DNA from: Dictyostelium discoideum
Taxonomy: Eukaryota
Assembly (NCBI GenBank): GCA_000004695.1
Contig: CM000151.3
Span: 7,712,001 to 7,776,000 of the forward strand
DNA: 64,000 nucleotides
Direction: 5' to 3'
Both the position numbers and the translations under genes were made by a program. The stretch's first letter is position 1; every line of letters starts with the position of its first letter. This document shows positions 16,177 to 26,969 of this stretch, piece by piece. Below the pieces are notes generated by a model. That model did no database searches, was not told the origin of the DNA, and saw nothing but the letters and a program-made list of their open reading frames with translations.

Positions 16177-18093
16177 GTTGATTTACCATCAGTTATATTT
16201 GATTCTACAATTTCTGCTCTTCTTTGACCACCAACTCTAAAATTTTCAAAATAACCAGTATTTGAATTATAAACAAATTTTGGATCAACTTGAAGATTTG
16301 GATTAATTTTATACCATGGCTCATTTACTTTAATATATGATGGTACACCATATTGTTTAAAAATGACATTATTCTTTGGAGTGGTTGAAGTTGTAGTAGT
16401 GGTCGTAGTAGTGGTAGTAGTTGTTGTTGTAGTTGTTTTTGAAGAATCATTATCATTATCATTTTCATTTCCTTTAATTACAGTAAAATTATCTTTATTT
16501 AAATCATCTAAAATTTCATTCATTTCTTCACAAATATCACCTTGATCTTTAATTTCATTTTGATATTTATCAAATTGTTCTTTTGAACTTTCACGATAAC
16601 AAATTGCTAAAAACATTTGAGTGATTAATTCAAACTTTTTAAAATTAATACATACACCACCTGATCTTTCAGCCAAATCTGAATAGAATATACTTGTACC
16701 CAATGCTCTAACACCATAGATTTTAATACCTCTATCAAAGAGATCATCGCATTCTTTGAACCAATTTATATTTAAATTTGTGTAGGTTGGTTCATGTGGA
16801 TTTGAATCACCAATCATTACGAATGCTTTTGAAGTATGTTCAGACCAACTTAGCTCCTTTGCACGGTAAAGCGCATATTCATATGCTTCAGGTTCATCAC
16901 CACCAGATGTATTTGGCACCATATTGATGAATGATACGATCTCGTCAATGTTGGATGAAAGATCCAATACTTTTAAAACGTTTACACCATCACAATAATC
17001 ACCCATACCCATAATACCAATTTTAATATTTGGAATATCTTTCATTAATCTATTTACAGTTTGAACGATTTGAGTACGAACTGATTTAATAATGGTTGCC
17101 ATTGACCCGGTTGTATCAAAACAAAATACAATCTCAACATCTGCTGACATTGACGATTGAACGAAATTCTTTAATAAATAATCATCTTCCATCTTCTCTT
17201 GTTCTTTTTGAATTCTTTCTCTTTCATTTCTTTCTTCAATTTCTTTTTCAATTTCATATTGTGATGGTTTTGATGATCCTGATCCTGTTCCTGATCCTGA
17301 TGATTTACCATTATATCTATTTCTATATGATTCACTATCACTATCACTATCACTTGATGTATCACTTTCATAACCTTTAGTTTTACTATAATTATTATTA
17401 TTATTTTTATTATTATATTTATATTTTGATAGTGGTTCTTTTTTATTTAATGTTGATCCTGTTGTTGTTGTTGTTGTCGTTGTTGTAGGTAGTGGTGTTC
17501 CAATTTTCATATCAATAGTATCATAACAATTAATATTCTCTTGTAAACTCATACTCTCTGTATATTTAGTATCTGTACCAGTTTTATATAAACTAACAGA
17601 GTTTAAATATGAACGTAATAATGGTATTTGAGTTTGTAATGATGTTCTAATATGACTATTTAATTTTAATTTTAATTTTAATTTTAATTTTAATTTTAAT
17701 TTTTTTTTTAAAAATGTTAATATTAATGATAATTGATCTGATAAAATAACTATATATATATACATATATATTAAAAACTTACGATACTAAATGTGAAACT
17801 TTTAAACCTGCATTATTTGGAATTTCAACTGGATAATCTTTATCTAAATATTTAATAGTTAATTTAATCTCTTTAATTAAGATCATATGAATTGTTGACT
17901 CTTTTTTAATACCACATGCTCCAATTGCTTTTGATAAGATATTTGATAAAACATCACCAGCAAAGTGTAATTGAAATTGATAGCTTTTATTTTTTGTTCT
18001 CTCTGCAACCTTGTTATATAATACTGACAAGGTATCTGAAATTTCAATATCCAATGAAAATGTTATAGTTGGTGTTTTAATTAAAACTAACAT
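15570..18093 (-). CDS. Multidomain protein of ~798 aa. It has an N-terminal ubiquitin-like domain, a Thr-rich linker, a vWA domain with a MIDAS DxTxS motif, a divergent Ras-like P-loop domain and a C-terminal CaaX box (CNLM). Exons are complement(17783..18093) and complement(15570..17655).
   Basis: Exon 1 encodes MLVLIKTPTITFSLDIEISDTLSVLYNKVAERTKNKSYQFQLHFAGDVLSNILSKAIGACGIKKESTIHMILIKEIKLTIKYLDKDYPVEIPNNAGLKVSHLV, and ends TC|GTAAGT (phase 2). The intron spans 17656..17782 and contains (AATTTT)7. The acceptor ttaaatag|T gives TCT=Ser and then HIRTSLQTQIPLLRSYLNSVSLYKTGTDTKYTESMSLQENINCYDTIDMKIGTPLPTTTTTTTTTGS. The acceptor position satisfies the phase (17766-17655 is divisible by 3). The vWA domain reads VEIVFCFDTTGSMATIIKSV...NTSGGDEPEAYEYALYRA...FVMIGDSNPHE. 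The GTPase-like domain reads IYIIGDSGIGKTTFVNNLNYVG...LFIVCF...PIAIALLQNDL...SSKMP, ending ...SSSSSSCNLM*. Confidence 0.7.
17641..17700. repeat. (AATTTT)n hexanucleotide microsatellite of about 7 units inside the intron of the UBL-vWA gene
   Basis: Direct reading: taattttaattttaattttaattttaattttaattttaat. Confidence 0.9.
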
Positions 18094-18559
18094 TTTTTTT
18101 TCTTCTTCTTTTTTCCAATCAATTGATATTATTTAGAAAAAAAAAAAAAAAATGAAACAAAAAAAAAAAAAAAAAAATTGTGGTGAGAAAAAATTGAAAA
18201 AAGGGTTTCAGTTATTTTTAGGAATTTTGTAAAATAATTCTTTGAATTATTTTAAAATAAAAAAAATAAACTAATTTAATTAAAAAAAAAAAAAATTAAA
18301 AATTTAGAATATCTTATACTAAAAAAAAGGTTTAAATAAATCTAGTTAAAAAAAATAGATTATTAAATTTTTTGTTTTTTTTTAGTATTTGAGCATTTTT
18401 GTTTTGATTAACAGGTGGTCTTATGCAATGGATAAATAATTAAATTCTTAAAATTAACTTTTTGGTTAGAAAAAAAAAAAAAAAAATTAATGTTTTTTTT
18501 TAAAAAATAGATTTTTAAAAAAAATTAATAATCGAGTTTTTGTTTATTTTTTGTGCTTC

Positions 18560-19265
18560 GTAAATTATTTTAGAATATGGGAAATTGGTTAAAGGAGTAT
18601 TATAAAGATATACACCACTAACTGATTTTGGTATTTCACTTATTGCTTGATTAAATCCTTCTAATAAATATAAACATTCAACACTATTTGGTATTGAACC
18701 TTTTAATAAAGGTTTTTAATTGCACCAACAAATAGATGTAAAATTGATTGTGGTAGCATGCCTTCTGTTGGTTTAACATTGGATCCATCAAGTAATATCA
18801 CGAGATAGAGAATTATCAATTTCAAATATTTCTTTAATTAAATCTTTAACTTGTTCCTATTATTTACAATATTTACATTTTTATATTGATTCATCAATTC
18901 TTTGATTTTATTTTCATTTTGATTATCTTTTATTAATAGTCTTAATTGATAACAATGTTTAATATTTCATTATGTTGATCACTATTATTATTAATGATTT
19001 GGTCGATATCTATTTGATTTATTGTATGTTTATATTTATTTGAAATTAAATCAATATTATTTAAATTATCATGTATAATGGTTGAAATGTTTGTATTGAT
19101 ATCTTTATGTTCATCATAGAGTTTTACTAATTGTTTGATTTTATCAATTTCTATGATTGGTAATAATTTGATGAGTTCTTTAAATTCTTCTGTGAATGAA
19201 TTCACATTTTCAGTGTGTTTATCTTTTGTTGATTTAATAATTACCTCACATTTGGTACAAATCAT
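18560..19265 (-). pseudogene. Degenerate coding region. A 107-aa ORF (MICTKCEVIIKSTKDKHTENVNSFTEEFKEL...) is followed on the same strand by three protein-like open segments in different frames, separated by single stops or frameshifts. It is a possible pseudogene, or a small gene with a decayed 3' part.
   Basis: The minus-strand segments are ...NKLKDLIKEIFEIDNSLSRDIT*, then (L)DGSNVKPTEGMLPQSILHLFVGAIKNLY*, then KGSIPNSVECLYLLEGFNQAISEIPKSVSGVYLYNTPLTNFPYSKIIYEAQK. There are no GT..AG pairs that would restore a single frame. Confidence 0.35.
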
Positions 19266-19361
19266 TTTAATATCTTGCTCTTTATGTATCGAACATTGTT
19301 ATCATTTTTATTTATATTTTTTTTTATTTAGTTTTTTAGATTTTAATTATTACCAAAAGAG

Positions 19362-19404
<43 letters not shown>

Positions 19405-19825
19405 TGTGATTGTCAATAAAAATAAAAAAACCTAAAAAGAAAAAATAAATCTAATCTTAAATTTTATGTTTAAACAAATTAATTAAGCCAAAATAATTTT
19501 TTTTTTTTTTTTTTTTTTAAATTTATTTTAGCCTAATTAATTTCTGTAAATATAAAATTTAAGATTATAAAATTGTAATCAAATAATATTTTTTTTTATG
19601 TGGTGGTTGGAAAGAGGGGTGTTTGTTTCTAATAAAAAAAAATAAAATAAAATAAAAAATGGTGACGTGTTGCGAAAATGACATATAATGGAATTAATGA
19701 TGTTTTGTTAATATCAATTTTCCCTTTACCAAATTAATAAATAGATTTTTTTTTTAGTTTTTATTTTTTTCCTCTATCAGTAATTTTTATTTTTTTATTT
19801 TATTTTATTTTTTTTTTAATTTAAT

Positions 19826-20209
19826 TTATAAATCTGTGATATGTTTATATTTAATTTTATCATTTTCTTTTCTTTCAGCGATTTCTTTTGGTGTAACAAT
19901 ATATTGTGGGTTTTGTCTAAGGAATTCAGTGATTGGATTCTTTTTAACAATTTTTTCGACTACGTGTGCTTTTCTCTTTGAAACTGGTGCACATTCTCTA
20001 AAGTGAACTTGATCACCAACTGCACAAATATCATTTGGATCGTGAATCATATATTTGGTAGTTTTATAATTTAAAGCTGAATATTTTCCTTTATCAAAAT
20101 ATAATCTCTTTACTTGACACATTGCTGTTTTAGTATGTGTCTTTGAAATACAAACACCTGAAATAAACTTTTGATGTTTATGAACAATTTCAAAAATTTT
20201 TGAGATCAT
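19826..20209 (-). CDS. mrps17: Mitochondrial ribosomal protein S17 (bacterial-type uS17)
   Basis: The 127-aa product starts at ATG 20209. Its core, KTAMCQVKRLYFDKGKYSALNYKTTKYMIHDPNDICAVGDQVHFRECAPVSKRKAHVV, matches the uS17 signature (...[30 protein letters not shown]). Confidence 0.8.
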   Translation of the reverse strand: MISKIFEIVHKHQKFISGVCISKTHTKTAMCQVKRLYFDKGKYSALNYKTTKYMIHDPNDICAVGDQVHFRECAPVSKRKAHVVEKIVKKNPITEFLRQNPQYIVTPKEIAERKENDKIKYKHITDL

Positions 20210-20528
20210 TTTTTTTATATATTTGATTTTTCTTTTATCTTCTTTTTTTTTTTTTTCTTTTCTTCTTTATTTAATATATTTTTTTGACAAATAATCTGAT
20301 TGAAAATTTTGTGTGTGAAAACGCTGTTAATGAAAAACAAAAAAAAAAATAAAAAATAAAAATAAAAAAAAAAGAAAAATAAAAAAAAAAATGGAAAAAA
20401 AAAAAAAAAAAAAAAAACGAATAAAAAAATGAAAAATAAAAAAAAAAAAATAAAAAATTTTCAATAATAGTTTGTTTTAAAAAATCCCCTTTTATAATTA
20501 ATTAATTCATTCATTCATTCTTATAAAA

Positions 20529-21206
20529 ATGGATAATAACAATATATTTCCAAATAAAGATAAATTTATAAATGAAAATGAAATTGAAAATCAAGAAAAT
20601 GAAAATGAAAATCTTGATAAATTTAATGAATTTAAAAATAAATTATTATTTTTTTCAAATTTAAAATCAAAAGAAAAAGAATATAATAAGATAAAGAGTA
20701 ATGTATTAACCAATTGGGAGAATATGAAAAGTGAAGATATCATATTAAATGATTTATATAATGAAAGGAATCAATTAATATTAGAATATAAAAGATATGA
20801 ATCAATTTTAAAGGATGTTCAAAATGATATATTTAGAATTGAATCGATAATAGTTGAATCTAAACAACAAAGAGAACAATTTAAAAAACAAGTTTCAATG
20901 CAAACTGATATTGAATTAGTCCCATTAAAAGATGAAATCGATTCAATGAGAATTCAAATTCAATTACCACAATTACCACCAATTGATTCAGAAAAAGATA
21001 AGTTAACTTCAAATTATTTAACAAATCGTTTAAATGAAGAAAGAATTAAACAACAACAACAACAACAAAATAAATTAAATCAATCTTCAAATAATAATAA
21101 TAATAATTTTATTGATAATAACAGTAATAATAGTGGTAGTGGGGGTATAGATTACCCTAATAGTGGTTCTAAAAGAGGAAGAAAAAAGAGAATAAGTTTA
21201 TCTTAA
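20529..21206 (+). CDS. Coiled-coil protein of 225 aa with a C-terminal basic NLS-like tail (KRGRKKR). Function unknown.
   Basis: ATG at 20529. The sequence shows heptad-like, charged, low-complexity character (ESIIVESKQQREQFKKQVSMQTDIELVPLKDEIDSMRIQIQ). It lies divergent from mrps17, about 320 bp away. Confidence 0.6.
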   Translation: MDNNNIFPNKDKFINENEIENQENENENLDKFNEFKNKLLFFSNLKSKEKEYNKIKSNVLTNWENMKSEDIILNDLYNERNQLILEYKRYESILKDVQNDIFRIESIIVESKQQREQFKKQVSMQTDIELVPLKDEIDSMRIQIQLPQLPPIDSEKDKLTSNYLTNRLNEERIKQQQQQQNKLNQSSNNNNNNFIDNNSNNSGSGGIDYPNSGSKRGRKKRISLS

Positions 21207-21299
21207 GATAATGTCAAACAAAATGTAAAAATAAAATAAAAAATTTCATTTTCATGGAAAATTGTGTAAATAGGAAAAATTCATGCCGTTTTCGCATTT

Positions 21300-21331
<32 letters not shown>

Positions 21332-21652
21332 CATTTTTTTACTTTTTTTTTTTTTTTTATTTTTCATTTTTTTTTATTTTTTGCGAGTTATCAAATTCAC
21401 ACTAATAAAGATAATTATTGTTTTGAAAAAAAAAAAAAAAAAAACTTTGTTACTTTATTTTTTATTAAAATCTAACATAATAGTCTTTGAAGGGTTCAAT
21501 AACTAAAATATTAGAATAATAATAAAAAAGTGTTTTTGATTTTCGATCATTCCCTCCAAAAATAACCCCCTAAAAAAAAACAAATAAAAAAAAAAAATAT
21601 AAAAAAAAAAAAATATAAAAAAAAAAAATAAATATATAAAAATTCATTGGAA

Positions 21653-21698
21653 ATGATAGAACTTTTAAAAGAAGATGACGCTCCAAAGAAAATGTAAG

Positions 21699-21734
<36 letters not shown>

Positions 21735-24700
21735 TAAATTTTTTTAAAATATTAACACTATTTATTTATATATACATATGAATTAAAGTGGTCATATTCA
21801 ATTTGGTTTATTATCAGAAGATGATATAGTTAGATTATCACATGTTCAAATTGTTAATAGAGAATTATTTGATTTAGTAAAGAGAAAACCAACACCATAT
21901 GGTGTATTAGATAATAAATTGGGTACAAGCGATAAACAAGCAATGTGTACAACATGTGGATTAAGTATTGTCGATTGTGTTGGTCATTTTGGATATATTA
22001 AATTACAATTACCAGTTTTTCATATTGGATATTTAAAGAATATTATGAACATTTTACAAATGATTTGCAAGAGTTGTTCAACCATTCTATTGAATGAAGA
22101 GAAGAAACAATATTATCTAAGAAAGATGAGAAATAAAAAGATGGATAATCTACAAAGGAAGTCATTATTGAAAAAGATATTTTTAGAGTGTAGAAAAACC
22201 AAAGAATGTTTGAAATGCGGTTCAACCAATGGTATGATTAAAAAGAGTGGTGCATTCAAGATCATTCATGAAAAGTATAAAGGAAAGACAGAGTCATTGC
22301 AAGACTATTACGCATTGTATGATGACGCCATTAAATACAATCCAGAGATGAAATCACATATAAAGAAAGCACAAGACGATTTGAACCCATTGGTGGCCTT
22401 GAACTTGTTTAAAAAGATCTCTTATCAAGATATTGAAATTATGAATATGGATCCAGTGATTGGTAGACCTGAAAGATTGATCCTAACCTATATGTTGGTG
22501 CCACCGGTATCAATTCGTCCATCGGTACCAATGGATGGTGGTAGTGGCACCAATGAGGATGATTTGACAATGAAACTATCAGAGATATTGCATATCAATG
22601 AACATATTAGATCCAATGTGGATAGAGCAGAGATGTCTGCAATTATGGAGGATTGGGATTATTTACAAGCATCATGTGCAATCTATATCAATTCAGATGT
22701 TCCAGGTTTACCATTACAAATGAAACCAACCAAAGCAGTACGTGGTTTATCACAACGTCTCAAGGGTAAGACAGGCAGATTTCGTGGTAATCTATCGGGT
22801 AAACGTGTTGATTTCTCTGGTCGTACTGTAATTTCACCCGATCCAAATTTAAATATCGATGAGGTTGCAGTACCACAATTGATTGCATTGACAATGACTT
22901 ATCCTGAACGTGTAACCGATTATAATATTGAACGTCTTCAAAAGTATGTTATCAATGGTCCAGATCGTCATCCAGGTGCAAACTATATCATCTATGCCGA
23001 TGGTGTAAAGAAATGGTTGAAATTTGGTAATCGTGAAAAGTTTGCAGCAGAATTGAAAATTGGTGATATCGTGGAACGTCATATTATCGATGGTGATATC
23101 ATGTTGTTCAATCGTCAACCTTCACTTCATAAACTTTCGATTATGTCTCACAAAGCAAGAGTTATGCCATGGAGAACACTTCGTTTCAATGAATGCGTTT
23201 GTACACCTTACAATGCAGATTTCGATGGTGATGAAATGAATATTCATTTACCACAAACAGAGGAAGCCAGAGCAGAGGCAACCATTCTCATGGGTGTCAC
23301 TAACAATTTGATCACTCCAAGAAATGGTGAACCATTGGTTGCAGCAACTCAAGATTTTCTTACTGCTTCCTATTTGATTTCACGTCGTGATGCTTTCTAT
23401 GAAAGATACCGTTTCGCTCTAATGTGTACTCACTTTGCAGATGCAAATGAACATATCGATTTACCACCACCTGCCATTTTGAAACCAGTTGAACTTTGGA
23501 CAGGTAAACAAATTTTCGAAGTACTCTTACGTCCATCGGTCAAATCACATGTTTTATGCAATTTTGAAACTCGTTCACGTACCTATTCAAAGAATCTCTA
23601 TATGTGTCCAAAGGATGGTTATGTTTATTTTAGAAATTCCGAATTAATGTGTGGTTCAATCGATAAATCAATCATTGGTGGTGGTAATAAGAATTCATTG
23701 TTTCATATTCTCATGAGAGATTTCTCACCAACCATAGCTGCCAATTGTATGACACGTTTAGCAAAACTTTGTGCTCGTTTCCTTGGTGATCAAGGTTTTT
23801 CAATTGGTATACCCGATATTAAACCAGCCGAAGATTTAGATAGAAAGAAACGTGAAATCATTGAAACTGCCTACAAGAAATGTGCAGTATTCTTAAAGGA
23901 TTATGAAAGTGGTAGTTTACAATTAAGTAGTGGTTGCTCGATGGAACAAACATTTGAGGCGAAAATGAATCAAACTCTATCACAAATTCGTGATGATTGT
24001 GGTAAGCTTTGTGTTAATGATTTACCAAATTACAATTCACCATTGATTATGGGTCTATGTGGTTCAAAAGGTTCAAACATTAATATTGCTCAAATGATCT
24101 GTTGTGTAGGTCAACAGATTGTCAATGGTACTCGTATTCCAAATGGTTTCACCAATAGAACTACACCACATTTCAAACATTTTGCAAAGAATCCAAAATC
24201 AAAAGGTTTCGTTTCAAATAGTTTCTATACTGGTATGATTCCAACAGAATTCTTTTTTCACACTATGGGTGGTAGAGAGGGTTTGGTAGATACTGCTGTA
24301 AAAACTGCTGAAACTGGTTATATGCAACGTCGTCTAATGAAAGCTTTAGAGGATCTTTCAACTCATTATGATTATACTGTACGTGATTCAATTGGTGGTA
24401 TTGTTCAATTCATTTATGGTGATGATGGTTTAGATCCAGCAGGTATGGAAGCAAAAGATAGACCTGTAGATTTCCTCCGTGCAATGATGAGTGTTAAATC
24501 AACTCGTCAATGTAGAAATGAACCAGAAATGAAACCATTTGAAATTCGTAAACTCGTTGAATCCATTATTGACAGCTCTAAATTTGAAGCTTGTACAGAT
24601 TTATTCAAAAATGAAATTAGAGTTTTCTTTAATGGTAATGAAAAAACAAAAGGTTATATTCAAGAATTAATTAGTTTACGTAAACAATTTAAATTATCAT

Positions 24701-26100
24701 CTTTTGATTTAAATGATAATGAAGATGAAATTATTATTGAAGATAATTCTCCAATGGATATTAGTACTACTACTACTACTACCACCACCACCACTACAAA
24801 TAATGCAGTTAAAATAACTAATATCACCACAGATATTGAAATGAATGAAAGTAATAAAGAAGAAAATGATAAAATTGAAAAAGAAAGAATTGAAAAAGAA
24901 AAAGAATCAAAAAGATTAAAATTATTAGGTGAACGTTTTGCAAATGAACATGTTGTAAATCAAATTCATAGAATTACTAAAACTCAAATCGAATTATTTT
25001 TAGATATTTGTTTAGATAAGTACAGTAGAGCTAGAATTGAACCAGGTACAGCAGTTGGTGCAATTGGTGCTCAATCAATTGGTGAACCAGGTACTCAGAT
25101 GACTTTGAAAACTTTCCATTTTGCTGGTGTAGCTTCTATGAATGTAACATTGGGTGTACCTAGAATTAAAGAGATTATCAATGCCGCTAAAAACATTTCA
25201 ACTCCGATCATTACCGCAAGTTTAAATTGTGACTATGATATTAGATCTGCAAGAATTGTAGCTGGTCGTATTGAAAAGACTACATTGGGTCATGTTGCAA
25301 CACACATTAAAGAGGTGGTAAAAAGAGCAGGTTGTTATCTTTCAATTAAAATCGATAAAAACTTTGTAGATTCATTACAATTGGAAATCAATTCAAAAAC
25401 TATCAGTCAATCAATTGCCTCCACCAAAGGTTTGAAATTAAAACCCGAACAAATCACTACCAATGGTGATTACAAACTTAGAATCGTACCTCCAGCCAAT
25501 ATCAGAGAGGGTTCTTTATATTATTTACAATTCTTAAAGAATAATTTACCAGCAGTAATTGTTAAAGGTATTCCAACGGTCAATCGTGTTGTCATTTCAA
25601 AGGTTGATGAAAAACAAGAACGTTATCAACTTTTGGTCGAAGGTTATGATTTACGTGCTGTAATGGCTACACCTGGTATCAAAGGTACTCATACAACTAG
25701 TAATCATATTATGGAATGTGAAAATACTTTGGGTATTGAAACAGCTCGTAATACCATTATGTCTGAAATCGATATGATTATGACAAGTCATGGTATGTCC
25801 ATCGATATTCGTCATGTTATGTTATTGGCTGATCTCATGTCTTTCAAGGGTGAAATCTTGGGTATCACTCGTTTCGGTATCGCTAAAATGAAGGAATCCG
25901 TACTTATGTTGGCTAGTTTTGAAAAGACTACCGATCATCTTTTCGATGCTGCCGTACATCACCGTCAAGATGATATCGTTGGTGTTTCTGAATGTATCAT
26001 TATGGGTGTTGTTATTCCTTTGGGTACAGGTTTATTCAAATTACTCCGTAAATCAAATAAAAATAATTTACCAAAGAAATCTTTACTCTTACAAGATTAA
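21653..26100 (+). CDS. rpc1: DNA-directed RNA polymerase III largest subunit (RPC1). Exons are 21653..21693 and 21789..26100.
   Basis: Exon 1 encodes MIELLKEDDAPKK and ends AT|GTAAGT (phase 2). The acceptor aattaaag|T at 21789 gives (I)GHIQFGLLSEDDIVRLSHVQIVNRELFDLVKRKPTPYGVLDNKLGTSDKQAMCTTCGLSIVDCVGHFGYIKLQLPVFHIGY..., collinear with POLR3A. The catalytic NADFDGDEMN and FDGDE motifs are present. At about 1450 aa with no CTD heptads, it is Pol III rather than Pol I or II. A lineage-specific T13/N-rich insertion lies at 24766..24797. Confidence 0.93.
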
Positions 26101-26633
26101 ATAAAAGATTAAATAAAAGTAAATAAATATAAAAAAATAAAAAAATTAAAAAAAATAAAAATAACAAAATAAAATGTATTTGTTGAATAAAAAAATATAA
26201 TTCTATTTCATTAAGTTTAATGAATTGTCAATTATAAATAAATATAAAATTATTGTAAAAACTAATTATAGTTTTTGTGAAAATTATAAGTTACAAGATG
26301 TTTTAGAATATGTCCAAAAGATTTTATTTCACCTGAAATTAAACAGTTTTTTTTTTTGTTGCATTACATCTTTTGCTTCCTGAATTATTGTATATTTATT
26401 TTGGGTCGACTGGTTTGGTTGATTTGATTGACTTGATTGGTTCGGATTAGTTTGACAGGTTTGGATTAGTTTGGCTGGTTTCAACATGCAGTGCTCTCCT
26501 CGAAAATACACACAATCCCTACAATATTAACAGATTAATAAAAAAAGGTTGGAAATGTTTGATTACTTTTTGATACCAAAGTCTTGGATTTTATTGTTTT
26601 TGGCTTTTGCGTGTGTCTTCACAAATTCCAAAA

Positions 26634-26666
26634 GAGAATTGAACCTGTGGCTTAAGACACAGGTTC
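26634..26666 (-). promoter_or_regulatory. External B box downstream of tRNA-Leu (minus strand AGGTTCAATTCTC), embedded in a perfect 9-bp inverted repeat (gaacctgtg-gcttaaga-cacaggttc)
   Basis: It matches the B-box consensus at 9 of 11 positions and lies about 30 nt 3' of the tRNA. The palindrome at 26641..26666 was read directly. Confidence 0.55.
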
Positions 26667-26675
26667 AAAAATTAT

Positions 26676-26757
26676 TGTAAGCTAAGGGATTCGAACCCTT
26701 GTATCAATGATATTGCAGCCTTAATGCAACCCCTTAGACCAGCTCGGGCAAGCTTAC
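26676..26757 (-). tRNA. tRNA-Leu, anticodon AAG (type II, long variable arm)
   Basis: The reverse complement is GTAAGCTTGCCCGAGCTGGTCTAAGGGGTTGCATTAAGGCTGCAATATCATTGATACAAGGGTTCGAATCCCTTAGCTTACA (82 nt). It has a perfect 7-bp acceptor stem, a D-loop GAGCTGGTCTAAG, an anticodon stem-loop TTGCA-TTAAGGC-TGCAA, a 12-nt variable arm and a T-arm AAGGG-TTCGAAT-CCCTT. It is followed by ATAATTTTTG. Confidence 0.88.
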
Positions 26758-26969
26758 TTTTTATGAAAATAATTTTTTTTGGTGCATACCGTTTTTTACT
26801 ATATATTTTTTTGTTTTCCAAATATTGCTATCACCAAGAATTTTTTTGTTTATTTAATAGGGTTTTTTATTTAAAAATCAATTGGGGTAATGAAGTTTGA
26901 TAAGAAAAATATTAAAAAAGAGAATAATTGTAATTTTAGAGAAAATTTAAAAAATATAAATTAAATTTA

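Noticed and set aside
26760-26960. Looked for TRE5 (upstream) or TRE3 (downstream) retrotransposon remnants flanking tRNA-Leu and tRNA-Asp
   Set aside because: The flanks are ordinary AT-rich intergenic DNA. There are no ORFs, no A/B/C-module-like sequence and no target-site duplications.
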